Source: an uncultured delta proteobacterium
GTDB taxonomy: Bacteria > Desulfobacterota > Binatia > Bin18
Assembly: GCA_963733195.1 (NCBI GenBank)
Contig: CAVTCR010000071.1
Location: forward strand, 96,001-160,000
DNA: 64,000 bases
Reading direction: 5' to 3'
Shown: one piece after another, positions 54,476 to 64,000 of the stretch
Numbering within the stretch: the first letter of the stretch is position 1
Layout of the letters: each line of letters opens with the position of its first letter
The notes under the pieces: model-generated
The model's database searches: none
What the model saw: the letters and a program-made list of their open reading frames with translations, nothing else
What the model was told of the DNA's origin: nothing
Made by a program: the position numbers and the translations under genes

Positions 54476-54547
54476 TGGGCGGTATCCGGTTCGAACGGAT
54501 GGCCCTCGGCTTGTAAGGCCGATGCTCTTCCGCTGAGCTAACCGCCC
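54476..54547 (-). tRNA. tRNA-Val(TAC)
   Basis: GGGCGGT stem and CTTACAA loop. Confidence 0.92.
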
Positions 54548-54650
54548 TTGAGCAAGGGCTAAACAGGAGATCGACGGGGGCATGCATTCCTTCTTCGCGA
54601 CCAGAGGCGAGAGCAGTAACACCCACAAAAGTTCCCGTCAATCCCCTGCC

Positions 54651-57110
54651 CTAATGGGTCACAATCTCGGAAGAAGCAGGAGGAACTGTCGGTTTAGAAG
54701 GATAAAGCGATTGAGCAAGCCCAGATTCTCTGCGTAGTAAGAAATTCTCTGGGTCATCAAGCACAAGCGCTTTGCGGAGGACGTCATCCAGGCTGGACAC
54801 GGCTTCTACTTGTATCGCTTTCAGGACTTCAGTCGGAACTTCTTGCAAGTCTTTTACATTCTCTTCTGGGAAAAGCACCTTCTTAATCCCGGCACGATGG
54901 GCTGCAAGGATTTTCTCTTTTAACCCCCCAATAGGAAGCACTCTTCCACGGAGAGTAATCTCACCTGTCATTGCAACATCATGGCGTACCAAAGTACGTG
55001 TCAGTGCTGACACCAGGGAAGTGGCAATAGTTACTCCAGCTGAAGGGCCGTCCTTTGGAATTGCCCCTTCGGGGATATGAAGGTGAATGTCAATTTTCTG
55101 GTAGAAGTCTTTGTCCAACCCTAACTCATCAGCACGAGAGCGAACATAACTCATAGCCGCTTGCGCCGATTCCTGCATCACATCACCGATCTTACCGGTT
55201 ACTGTGAGCTTTCCTTTTCCTGGCACGACCGTCACTTCAGTGGCGAGAATCTCTCCACCCATATCTGTCCAGGCAAGACCAGTGACAACACCAACCTTGT
55301 CTTCTTGTTCGGCTTTACTGACACGGAATTTCGTCGGACCAAGATATTTAGCAAGGTTCTTTGTTGTGAGGCGTACTCGGGTATTGCGATCCTTCTTGAC
55401 AACTTCAACCGCAACTTTTCGGCACAGCGTGCCAATTTCTCTTTCCAAGCTACGCACTCCAGACTCTCTGGTGTACGATCGGACAACCGAAAGAAGTACG
55501 CTATCGGGGCAGTCAATATTCTGTTCTGTGAGCCCGTTCGCTTCCCTCTGCTTCTTGAACAAATATTTTTTCGCAATATGGAGTTTCTCCCATTCAGTGT
55601 ATCCAGGGATACGAATAATCTCCATACGATCTTGCAAGGGTCGTGGAATGCGCTCCAATGCGTTGGCAGTACAGATAAACATTACTTTTGACAAATCGTA
55701 ATCGACATCAAGGTAGTGGTCGTTAAAGGTAGTGTTTTGTTCTGGATCAAGCACTTCCATCAGTGCGGCAGAGGGGTCTCCACGAAAGTCAGTTGACATC
55801 TTGTCAACTTCATCAAGGAGGAAGACTGGATTCCCAGAGCCTGCTTTCTTCATGCCATGAATAATTTTTCCTGGCATAGCACCAATATAGGTCCGCCGGT
55901 GTCCACGAATCTCGGCTTCATCGCGCACTCCACCAAGAGAAACACGAACAAACTTTCTTCCAGTAGCTCGGGCAATCGATTTACCGAGCGAGGTTTTTCC
56001 AACACCTGGAGGACCCACGAAACACAGGATCGGTCCACGTAATTGCCCAACCAAACTCTGGACCGCAAGATATTCAAGAATTCGCTCTTTAATTTTTTCT
56101 AGGCCATAGTGGTCTTCATCTAGGACTTTCTCTGCATCCTGAATATCAAGTCGGTCTTCGGTATATTCATACCAGGGTAAGGAGAGGAGTGAGTCGATAT
56201 AATTGCGAACCACCGTCGCCTCAGCCGACATCGGCGACATCATTTTTAGCTTTTTTAATTCCTTTTCGACCTTCTCTCGAGCCTCGGCTGACATTTTTTT
56301 CTGACGAATCTTTTCTTCTAATTCCTGAATCTCATTCTTGAATTCATCTTTCTCCCCGAGCTCTTTTTGAATCGCTCGCATTTGCTCGTTGAGATAGTAC
56401 TCTTTCTGCGATTTCTCCATCTGTTTTTTGACACGACTGCGGATCCGTCGTTCAACTTCAAGGATCTCAATCTCTGACCGCATGTGGCCAAGAACTTTTT
56501 CTAACCGCTCTGCCGGGTCAATCGTTTCTAGAAGTACCTGCTTGTCTTCAAGCTTTACTCCAAGATGGGCAATAATCGTGTCAGCAAGGCGCGAAGGATC
56601 GTCTAGCGCAGCAACCGACATGATCATTTCTGGAGGAATCTTTTTATTGAGCCGCACGTAGTTTTCAAATGTCGAGTTCACCGTACGAGTCAGGGCATCG
56701 ATATCAGATCCGCGATTGTGGGATTCTTCAATTTCTTCAGCCTCGATCCAAAAGAGATCGTTCTGATCAAGATGACGAAGAATCCGTCCTCGTTTTTTCC
56801 CCTCGACTAATACTTTTACAGTTCCATCAGGCAGTCGTAAGAGTTGCACAACGTTGCCGATCGTGCCGATTTGGTACATATCGTCTGCAACTGGATCATT
56901 AACTTTCGCATCTTTCTGGGTTGCCAAAAAGATCAGCCGTTTGTTCGCAACAGCTTCTTCAAGCGCTTTGATGGACTTCTGACGACCAACAAAGAGAGGA
57001 ACAACCATGTGAGGAAAGACAATAATATCTCGTAACGGTAAAAGTGGCAGACGCACACTTCCTCCTCTTTCTCGGGAATCTTTTTTGTCATTGCGGAACT
57101 GCATAACCAC
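54651..57110 (-). CDS. lon: Lon protease
   Basis: [27 protein letters not shown] and PIGGLKEK. Confidence 0.98.
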   Translation of the reverse strand: MVMQFRNDKKDSRERGGSVRLPLLPLRDIIVFPHMVVPLFVGRQKSIKALEEAVANKRLIFLATQKDAKVNDPVADDMYQIGTIGNVVQLLRLPDGTVKVLVEGKKRGRILRHLDQNDLFWIEAEEIEESHNRGSDIDALTRTVNSTFENYVRLNKKIPPEMIMSVAALDDPSRLADTIIAHLGVKLEDKQVLLETIDPAERLEKVLGHMRSEIEILEVERRIRSRVKKQMEKSQKEYYLNEQMRAIQKELGEKDEFKNEIQELEEKIRQKKMSAEAREKVEKELKKLKMMSPMSAEATVVRNYIDSLLSLPWYEYTEDRLDIQDAEKVLDEDHYGLEKIKERILEYLAVQSLVGQLRGPILCFVGPPGVGKTSLGKSIARATGRKFVRVSLGGVRDEAEIRGHRRTYIGAMPGKIIHGMKKAGSGNPVFLLDEVDKMSTDFRGDPSAALMEVLDPEQNTTFNDHYLDVDYDLSKVMFICTANALERIPRPLQDRMEIIRIPGYTEWEKLHIAKKYLFKKQREANGLTEQNIDCPDSVLLSVVRSYTRESGVRSLEREIGTLCRKVAVEVVKKDRNTRVRLTTKNLAKYLGPTKFRVSKAEQEDKVGVVTGLAWTDMGGEILATEVTVVPGKGKLTVTGKIGDVMQESAQAAMSYVRSRADELGLDKDFYQKIDIHLHIPEGAIPKDGPSAGVTIATSLVSALTRTLVRHDVAMTGEITLRGRVLPIGGLKEKILAAHRAGIKKVLFPEENVKDLQEVPTEVLKAIQVEAVSSLDDVLRKALVLDDPENFLLRRESGLAQSLYPSKPTVPPASSEIVTH

Positions 57111-57138
57111 TCACCCCCTAATAGCACTGACGTCTGAC

Positions 57139-58395
57139 CTACGCACTCTCGGCAGCGGCTTTCTGATAGAGCACGATCGGTTGCGCGTTCCGCGAAACCA
57201 CCTCTTCAGAAATGAGTACTTCTTTAATATTGGGTTGTGAAGGAATATCGTACATGACATCTAGCATAATGTTTTCCATGATTGCCCGAAGTCCCCGTGC
57301 TCCGGACTTTCGCTTAAGCGCCTCACGGGCAATTGCCCCTAACGCGCCTTCTGTGAAGCGCAGATGCACATTCTCCATATCAAAAAGTTTTTGATACTGA
57401 CGGACGAGCGCGTTCTTCGGTTCACGCAGAATGCGCACGAGTGCCTGTTCGTCTAGTTCCTCGAGAGTCGCTAATACAGGTAAACGACCAACAAATTCTG
57501 GGATCATACCGAATTTGAGCAGATCCTCAGGCTGGACTTCTGCCAGAAGCGCGCTTGCACTTTTGTCTGCAGCTCCTTTTACGTCAGCGCCAAAACCAAG
57601 GCTTTTCCCACCAATCCGGCGACGAATAAGGTCCTCTAGACCAACAAACGCCCCACCACAGATGAACAAAATGTTTGTCGTATCAACTTGAACAAACTCT
57701 TGCTGAGGATGTTTTCGCCCACCTTTCGGAGGTACACTTGCAACTGTCCCCTCAATAATTTTGAGCAGTGCCTGCTGCACTCCTTCTCCGGACACATCTC
57801 GTGTAATCGAAGGGTTATCCCCCTTACGAGCGATCTTATCAATCTCATCAATGTAGACGATACCTTTCTGGCATTTCTCAACATCGTAATCGGCATTTTG
57901 CAACAAACTCAGAATGATATTCTCAACATCTTCTCCAACATATCCGGCTTCAGTCAGACTGGTTGCATCACCAATAGTGAACGGGACCTGCAGAAAACGC
58001 GCTAGGGTTTGCGCGAGGAGGGTTTTCCCTGATCCGGTTGGGCCGATGAGAAGAATGTTTGACTTCTGCAAATCGACATCACTCGTCACCATCTGCGAAT
58101 CGACACGCTTGTAGTGGTTATGTACGGCGACGGCAAGAATTTTCTTCGCTCGCTCCTGGCCAATAACATATTGGTCGAGGACACGTTTGATTTCTGCCGG
58201 TTTCGGAACCGCTGACACTGAAGAAAAAGAGTCTTCCTGGTCCCCCTCTTCAGCAATAATGTCGTTGCACAAATCTATGCATTCATCACAGATGTACACC
58301 GTCGGGCCAGCAATGAGTTTGCGTACTTCGTCTTGGCTCTTTCCACAAAATGAGCAGACTAAGTTGCCCGGACGATCATCACCATGTCTCGCCAT
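57139..58395 (-). CDS. clpX: ATP-dependent Clp protease ATP-binding subunit ClpX
   Basis: CSFCGK zinc finger, GPTGSGKT and [14 protein letters not shown]. Confidence 0.98.
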   Translation of the reverse strand: MARHGDDRPGNLVCSFCGKSQDEVRKLIAGPTVYICDECIDLCNDIIAEEGDQEDSFSSVSAVPKPAEIKRVLDQYVIGQERAKKILAVAVHNHYKRVDSQMVTSDVDLQKSNILLIGPTGSGKTLLAQTLARFLQVPFTIGDATSLTEAGYVGEDVENIILSLLQNADYDVEKCQKGIVYIDEIDKIARKGDNPSITRDVSGEGVQQALLKIIEGTVASVPPKGGRKHPQQEFVQVDTTNILFICGGAFVGLEDLIRRRIGGKSLGFGADVKGAADKSASALLAEVQPEDLLKFGMIPEFVGRLPVLATLEELDEQALVRILREPKNALVRQYQKLFDMENVHLRFTEGALGAIAREALKRKSGARGLRAIMENIMLDVMYDIPSQPNIKEVLISEEVVSRNAQPIVLYQKAAAESA

Positions 58396-58407
58396 ATCGG
58401 CTCCTCG

Positions 58408-59001
58408 TCATTTTTTCACTAAACGGCTTGCGACCACTTCGTCAATGATTCCGTATTCCTGCGCCTGTTTACTGGTGAAAAAGAGATCTCTATCGGTATC
58501 TCGTTCGACTCGTTTAACATTCTGCCCGGTATGCTTTGTCAGAATATTATTCATCTGCTCCCGCAGGCGAAGGATCTCTTTTGCCTGAATATCAATATCA
58601 GTTGCTTGCCCCTGAGCTCCACCTAACGGTTGGTGGACCATGATGCGCGCATGTGGCAACGCATAGCGTTTCCCTTTCGCTCCGGCTGCGAGAAGCCACG
58701 CTGCCATGCTTGCGGCTTGCCCGAGACACAAAGTAGAGACATCAGGTCTGATATACTGCATCGTATCGTAGATGGCGAGGCCTGCGGTTACTGAACCACC
58801 TGGTGAGTTGATGTAAAAATGCACGTCCTTTTCTGGATCCTCGGCCTCAAGAAAGAGGAGTTGGGCAGTGATGAGATTCGCTACGTCATCAGTCACTGCC
58901 GATCCCAAGAACAGGATGCGGTCTTTCAGTAGGCGAGAGAAGATATCGTAGGCACGTTCTCCTCTTCCTGTTTGCTCAACAACGATAGGAACAAGGTTCA
59001 T
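58408..59001 (-). CDS. clpP: ATP-dependent Clp protease proteolytic subunit
   Basis: [26 protein letters not shown] and HQPLGG. Confidence 0.98.
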   Translation of the reverse strand: MNLVPIVVEQTGRGERAYDIFSRLLKDRILFLGSAVTDDVANLITAQLLFLEAEDPEKDVHFYINSPGGSVTAGLAIYDTMQYIRPDVSTLCLGQAASMAAWLLAAGAKGKRYALPHARIMVHQPLGGAQGQATDIDIQAKEILRLREQMNNILTKHTGQNVKRVERDTDRDLFFTSKQAQEYGIIDEVVASRLVKK

Positions 59002-59021
59002 AAGCTGTATCTTGTCCGATC

Positions 59022-60347
59022 TTAGTCTTTTTCCTCTGTACCAGCAACGTCTCCTTCAACGATCTTCACTGTTGCTTTCTCTACAACAAGCCGTAACGCT
59101 TTGTCATGAAGCAGTCGATTACGTAACATTCGCTGATTCTCTTCTTTCGCATAGTATGCATCAACCTGAGATTGCCGTTCGACACCAACTGAGGCGGTCA
59201 CTTCGGCAATTTGCTGCTGCACTTCCTCGTCAGAAACCGTTAAATTCTCTTGCTTCGCCAACGCGTCAAGTAAGAAGACTGACTGCACTTGCTTGCGCGC
59301 ATGCATCGTAAATTCTTCCCGTATATTGTCCGGTAGCCCTGCATCATTCACAGAACCATCGGCATTTGGGCGTACAACTCCAGCCTCAATTAACATACGT
59401 CGCATCTGTTCTCGTACCAAACTCGGCGGAACCTCGAACGCGTTCCTCTCTAAGAGACGGGCCACGACTGCATCCTGCACTTGATTCTCGGCACGTCGCT
59501 CGGCAGCCTGTTGAAGGTTCTGACGTACCTTTTCACGTAATTCGTCTAGCGTATCACACTCACCGTGGTCTTTGGCAAATTCATCATCGAGCGCGGGAAT
59601 TTCCTTTCTCGCCAAGTCATGAATTGTGACACGAAACGCAGCGATACGTTCCGTCTCGGCAGCCTCAGTAGGTTCTTCTGCGCGCTGTGGCAGAGGAAGG
59701 GAAAATTGCACGGTCTCTCCTTTTTGTGCGTCGAGCAATCGCTCCTGAAATCCAGGAAAGATGGCTTCCTTACCGATCTCAACAAATCGCCCCTTCCCTT
59801 GCAATCCGGCAATCTGGCGCCCGCCTAAAGAAGTAGAGTAATCAATCGTTACTACATCACCATTCTCGACCCGGTCTCGGTCGGTAATAGGATGGAGCTG
59901 TGCAAAATTCTCCGTTAAACGGGTAAGTGCATTGTTCACGTCTTCTTCGGTTACTTTACTGAGTCGCTTCTCGACCTCTAAGCCTTCATAATTCGATAGA
60001 GTCACTTCAGGGCGAACCTCTACAGTTGCTGAGTAATGAAAAGGTTGTCCAGGCACAAGCTTTTCGGTGACCAATTGAGGATCGGTAACGACCTGAATGG
60101 AATTGTCCTGCAACGCTTGCCAGTAGGTCTCTTCAACCAGGTGAGAACTCACCTCAGCCGCCACTTGTTCACCATAGTGACGTTCTAGGACTGGGCGAGG
60201 GACTTTCCCGGCGCGAAATCCTTTGACCTGCGCACTCTGCTGGAAAGTTCGGTACGTCTTTTCGAGTTCCTCCTGAACACGTTCGGAAGGAACTTCGACA
60301 CTAATTTTTTTTTGTACAGAGCTGAGAGATTCAACAAGTGCTTTCAT
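59022..60347 (-). CDS. tig: Trigger factor
   Basis: GFRAGKVP and LDDEFAK; position upstream of clpP. Confidence 0.94.
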   Translation of the reverse strand: MKALVESLSSVQKKISVEVPSERVQEELEKTYRTFQQSAQVKGFRAGKVPRPVLERHYGEQVAAEVSSHLVEETYWQALQDNSIQVVTDPQLVTEKLVPGQPFHYSATVEVRPEVTLSNYEGLEVEKRLSKVTEEDVNNALTRLTENFAQLHPITDRDRVENGDVVTIDYSTSLGGRQIAGLQGKGRFVEIGKEAIFPGFQERLLDAQKGETVQFSLPLPQRAEEPTEAAETERIAAFRVTIHDLARKEIPALDDEFAKDHGECDTLDELREKVRQNLQQAAERRAENQVQDAVVARLLERNAFEVPPSLVREQMRRMLIEAGVVRPNADGSVNDAGLPDNIREEFTMHARKQVQSVFLLDALAKQENLTVSDEEVQQQIAEVTASVGVERQSQVDAYYAKEENQRMLRNRLLHDKALRLVVEKATVKIVEGDVAGTEEKD

Positions 60348-60437
60348 AATAAAAAAGAGAAGAAAAAGAAAATCAATTGCAACAGGAGAGGGCACATAAC
60401 GACTATACTAAGCAGATCAAGTTGCGTACGACAACAG

Positions 60438-60523
60438 TGCGAGAGGGGGGACTTGAACCCCCATCCGCGATTAAGCGGGCTAGATCCTAAGTCTAGTGCG
60501 TCTGCCAATTCCGCCACTCTCGC
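60438..60523 (-). tRNA. tRNA-Leu(TAG)
   Basis: GCGAGAG stem, CTTAGGA loop and a long variable arm. Confidence 0.93.
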
Positions 60524-60531
60524 ATTGCCAA

Positions 60532-60604
<73 letters not shown>

Positions 60605-60658
60605 ATATTCTACCTGCATACTTTTTCAAACAGCCTTCATAAGATTTTCTGCATTTAG

Positions 60659-60732
60659 GGTGAGTGAAGGGATTTGAACCCTCGACCCTCGGGGCCACAA
60701 CCCGATGCTCTGCCAGCTGAGCTACACCCACC
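60659..60732 (-). tRNA. tRNA-His(GTG)
   Basis: G-1 plus GTGGGTG stem and TTGTGGC loop. Confidence 0.93.
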
Positions 60733-60744
60733 ATAGTTTCCATA

Positions 60745-60818
<74 letters not shown>

Positions 60819-60886
60819 CTAATCAGCAGAGAGTCAGGAAACACCGCAACATAAAAGGCCGCGTGCCTCCCGGTCTCGCTGTGCAA

Positions 60887-60960
<74 letters not shown>

Positions 60961-61066
60961 ATCTGTTGCTTGCGAATTCGATTAACAAACCCAACTAGAG
61001 AGCGCAAGGAGGATGCGTGTTTCTAGTGACAACATCACACGGTGGACAGGATAATGGGCGGCGATC

Positions 61067-61579
61067 TTATGAGGAGGTTGAATGCGTATTCACCGTGGAA
61101 GTGACCTCAGTTCGCATTGCAGAAGGCGTATTCCACGGACGGCGTTCCCACAACGCAAGCTCTTCACGCAAACCGGCTCTATGCGCGATATGTTGCAAGG
61201 AAATTCCAGCTAAGTAATTCCCAAGGATGCGCTGTGCTTCATGCCAGATAGAAATTTGGCTACAAACCGAGCAGTAACGGCAGGCCCGTTCTTTCTCTTC
61301 AAGACAGCCCATAAGTGTCAGAGGTCCTTCAAGACACTCATACACCTCTTTGAGGTTAATCTCCGTCGCTGAGCGCTTGAGTGTAAATCCACCACGAGCT
61401 CCCATATACGATTGTACGAATCCACCACTCTCCAAACGTTTCATAATCTTCGAGAGAAAGTGGGTGGGAATATCTTGCTTCGTCTGAATCTCGCGCCGGG
61501 ACACAGTGCAGCCAGGGGCTTGAGCCGCAAGGTACGAGAGTGCACGTAAAGCGTAGTCTACACGTTTGCCGATATTCAT
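61067..61579 (-). CDS. Rrf2-family (IscR-like) transcriptional regulator with a Cys cluster
   Basis: DYALRAL, FLSKIM..L, G.RGGF and C-x7-C-x2-C-x2-C. Confidence 0.9.
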   Translation of the reverse strand: MNIGKRVDYALRALSYLAAQAPGCTVSRREIQTKQDIPTHFLSKIMKRLESGGFVQSYMGARGGFTLKRSATEINLKEVYECLEGPLTLMGCLEEKERACRYCSVCSQISIWHEAQRILGNYLAGISLQHIAHRAGLREELALWERRPWNTPSAMRTEVTSTVNTHSTSS

Positions 61580-61689
61580 CAGCGAGCTGCGCTCGATAGA
61601 CCGCCCCTGAGTACTCTTCAGCTGGGACTTTTCTTGTATCGCTCGCTCGTGGCGAATCTGTGCCATGCCTGCTTTACCTTGTGTTTAGG

Positions 61690-61998
61690 TTACTCGTCTT
61701 CTGGCATGCCCAGCATCTTCCGCGCATCTACACTCATCATGCTTGGCTCCCAGGGCGGCTCCCAGACGAGTTCAATCTTTGCCTCTTCTACGTTCGGTAT
61801 TTCCATCAACTTTTGCTCTGCCTCTGCGGTAATATACTGCCCCATACCACATCCACGAGCAGTGAGTGTCATCTTAATGTCGATCTTCTGGTCCACAACC
61901 TGAACATCGTATACGAGCCCTAGATCAACGATGTTCACCGGGATCTCCGGGTCGTAGCAGGTGCGCAACACCTCGTAGACTTCTTCTTGCGTTGGCAT
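61690..61998 (-). CDS. DUF59/SufT-like metal-sulfur cluster assembly factor
   Basis: YDPEIPVNIVDLGLVY, MTLTARGCGMG and VWEPPW. Confidence 0.92.
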   Translation of the reverse strand: MPTQEEVYEVLRTCYDPEIPVNIVDLGLVYDVQVVDQKIDIKMTLTARGCGMGQYITAEAEQKLMEIPNVEEAKIELVWEPPWEPSMMSVDARKMLGMPEDE

Positions 61999-62022
61999 GC
62001 TTTTCCCCTTTTTCCTTTGGAG

Positions 62023-62559
62023 CTACAGTTGTGCCCCGCGAACAATTTGTTTCTGCCCTTGGATTTTACGTTGGAGTGCCATTAGTGCATCAAGCACATT
62101 CTCTGGACGCGGTGGACATCCGGGCACATAGACATCAACTGGAATGATGCGATCAATACCAGCAACTGTAGTATAGTTATCGTAGAACCCACCAGTCGAC
62201 GCACACGCACCAAAAGCCATTACCCATTTCGGTTCACTCATTTGCTCGTAGACGCGTTTCAAGATCGGTGCTTGGCGACAGGTCACGGTACCAATCACCA
62301 TCAAGAGGTCAGCTTGTCGAGGACTAAAGCGCGGTAGTAATGCACCAAAGCGATCAATATCATACGGAGTTAGCGACAGGGCCATGAACTCCATTGCGCA
62401 ACATGCGGTCGCAAACGGATACGGAAACAAGGAGTACTTTCGCGCCCAGCCGATCACTTTATCGAGCTGAGTCACGACAACCGTGTCCGCAATCAGTACT
62501 TCTTCGCCACCTTGGGTCCGCGTTACCGGAGTAGGGGTAACTGTTCTCAGGCTTGCCAT
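62023..62559 (-). CDS. nuoB: NADH-quinone oxidoreductase subunit B homolog (stand-alone)
   Basis: TACCAMEFM, DRFG, SPRQADL, GACASTGG and PVDVYVPGCPPRPE. Confidence 0.93.
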   Translation of the reverse strand: MASLRTVTPTPVTRTQGGEEVLIADTVVVTQLDKVIGWARKYSLFPYPFATACCAMEFMALSLTPYDIDRFGALLPRFSPRQADLLMVIGTVTCRQAPILKRVYEQMSEPKWVMAFGACASTGGFYDNYTTVAGIDRIIPVDVYVPGCPPRPENVLDALMALQRKIQGQKQIVRGAQL

Positions 62560-62597
62560 CAAGCTTTCCTTTCTTTAGTCAGGAGAGAAACCACCGG

Positions 62598-62999
62598 TTA
62601 CGCTGCTTGATTATCTTTCTTGGTTCGGCCTCGCCAATCTTCCACTGCTGCTTTAATCGCATCTTCTGCAAGTACCGAACAGTGGATCTTCACCGGCGGC
62701 AGTGACAACTCTTTGACAATCTCTGAGTTCTTAATTGAGTAGGCTTCTGCCACAGTTTTGCCCTTCACGAGTTCAGTCACATAACTCGAAGAGGCAATGG
62801 CAGACCCACAACCGAAAGTTTTGAAGCGTGCGTCTTCGATTACTTCCGTTTCTGGATTAATCTTCAGTTGTAGTTTCATCACGTCCCCGCATTCCGGGGC
62901 ACCAACCACACCAGTACCGACGTTCTCTTCCTCTTTCGTGAAGCTCCCCACGTTCTTGGGGCGTTCGTAGTGCTCAAGCACTTTGTCGGTATAGGCCAT
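62598..62999 (-). CDS. iscU: Fe-S cluster scaffold IscU
   Basis: GAPECGDVMKLQ, FKTFGCGSAIASSS and LPPVKIHCS. Confidence 0.96.
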   Translation of the reverse strand: MAYTDKVLEHYERPKNVGSFTKEEENVGTGVVGAPECGDVMKLQLKINPETEVIEDARFKTFGCGSAIASSSYVTELVKGKTVAEAYSIKNSEIVKELSLPPVKIHCSVLAEDAIKAAVEDWRGRTKKDNQAA

Positions 63000-63072
63000 A
63001 AGTTGCTCCTTTCAGCAATCGTGCAGTACCAATATCGATTATAAAACAATGACGGATTTTGCCGTCAGCCTT

Positions 63073-63102
63073 AAAATAGACTTATAAAGTCTATTTTGTC
63101 AA
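63073..63102 (-). promoter_or_regulatory. Sigma70-type promoter overlapped by an Rrf2/IscR-type palindromic operator
   Basis: AAAATAGACT-N5-AGTCTATTTT (63073-63097); minus strand TTGACA-N18-TATTTT, about 75 bp upstream of iscU. Confidence 0.75.
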
Positions 63103-63115
63103 TCACAGGGATGGC

Positions 63116-63847
63116 TCACCACTTCTCGTACAGAACCGCACGCCGTTGGTATCCAGCTCCTCGTAGCAAATCCCGCAATTGCGTGACCTGTGTCCCAACG
63201 CCACAGATATAGAAATATCGACTCCGATCCTCATCTCGTTTCACGTAATGTTCTTCGACGTATTCGTGAAACGAGCCCTGGAGTCTACCCTCTCGTTCAG
63301 ACGAATCAGACAGAATCGGATCAAAAACAAATCGAGCATGCTGACGCGCCCAAGTTTGTAGCTCGTCTCGATACAGCAAGTCACGTTCATGCTCCGCCCT
63401 GTACAGCAGTCGCACGGGAAACGTCCCGTTAGGAGCTAATACCCGATGGATCATGGGGCGGATTGGGACGATACCCACATGTTCAGCCAGAAAGACACAC
63501 TCTGCTGCGGGAGGCTGGTCAAGGACAAACGTTCCCCACGGTCCAGTAAAGTTTACCTTGTCGCCAACATCAAGAGAAAACAGATAGTGAGATCCCAGTC
63601 CACCGAGAACGAGATTCAAGCAGATTTCTAACGGCCCGTCGCCCTCAGGGTTCGACGCAATCGAGTATGGACGAGTGAGAATCTTGCCATCAACCGGCAG
63701 TTGCAATGACAAGAATTGTCCCGGAACAAAAGTGAGTCGGTAGTCGAGGCAAGGGCGAAGAAAAAAGGAGCGGGTGTCGGACGTATGTTCAACAATTCGC
63801 TCAATGATAGCTTCGGACGCTTTGCGTGAGTCCACACTCATAAGCAC
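63116..63847 (-). CDS. Ferredoxin-NAD(P)+ reductase-like FAD/NAD-binding oxidoreductase
   Basis: FVPGQF, RPYSIAS, GLGSHYL, GPWGTF, YICG and a terminal EKW. Confidence 0.85.
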   Translation of the reverse strand: MLMSVDSRKASEAIIERIVEHTSDTRSFFLRPCLDYRLTFVPGQFLSLQLPVDGKILTRPYSIASNPEGDGPLEICLNLVLGGLGSHYLFSLDVGDKVNFTGPWGTFVLDQPPAAECVFLAEHVGIVPIRPMIHRVLAPNGTFPVRLLYRAEHERDLLYRDELQTWARQHARFVFDPILSDSSEREGRLQGSFHEYVEEHYVKRDEDRSRYFYICGVGTQVTQLRDLLRGAGYQRRAVLYEKW

Positions 63848-63877
63848 TCACAGAGGTCCGGTAGACAAGACCTCTCA

Positions 63878-64000
63878 TCACCGAACTTGCTGATTAATCG
63901 TGTAACGCGGGACTACGATTACAACTTCGCCATCTTTCTCAAACACGGCCTGGCAACCAAGTCGCGAGGTCGGCGTCAATCCAGGAGCCCGATCTAACAT
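63878..64000 (-). CDS. fdx: C-terminal part of an ISC/adrenodoxin-type 2Fe-2S ferredoxin (runs off the window)
   Basis: Hand translation MLDRAPGLTPTSRLGCQAVFEKDGEVVIVVPRYTINQQVR*. Confidence 0.85.
   Translation of the reverse strand: MLDRAPGLTPTSRLGCQAVFEKDGEVVIVVPRYTINQQVR

Overview
The window has two parts. About 1-8.3 kb is an accessory patch holding two ISKra4-like insertion sequences, an IS-split enoyl-CoA hydratase, a broken secreted Notum/pectin-acetylesterase-like gene facing a decayed winged-helix regulator, and several palindromic repeats. The rest is a core housekeeping block, mostly on the minus strand: heptose adenylyltransferase, argC, lptD, folC, accD, trpABFCD, a SPOR protein, the alpha/spc/S10 ribosomal superoperon, tuf, rpsG, rpsL, rpoC, rpoB, rplLJAK, nusG, secE, a second tuf, 12 tRNAs, rlmB, lptFG, rpsI, rplM, lon, clpX, clpP, tig and an Fe-S assembly cluster. 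Gene order and protein style suggest a delta-proteobacteria-like lineage (Binatia/Myxococcota-like; inference only). Many essential genes carry single-base indels, so the assembly is probably an error-prone long-read consensus. The most notable observations are: (1) fusA is missing from the str operon, and a short EF-G domain IV relic (GKLDAVDSSEIAFTIAA) remains between rpsG and tuf; (2) an orphan nuoB lies inside an iscU-nuoB-sufT-rrf2 cluster whose promoter is overlapped by an Rrf2-type palindrome; (3) both tuf copies use G at nearly all fourfold-degenerate third codon positions, unlike neighbouring genes. All calls come from motif recognition by eye; no database searches were run.
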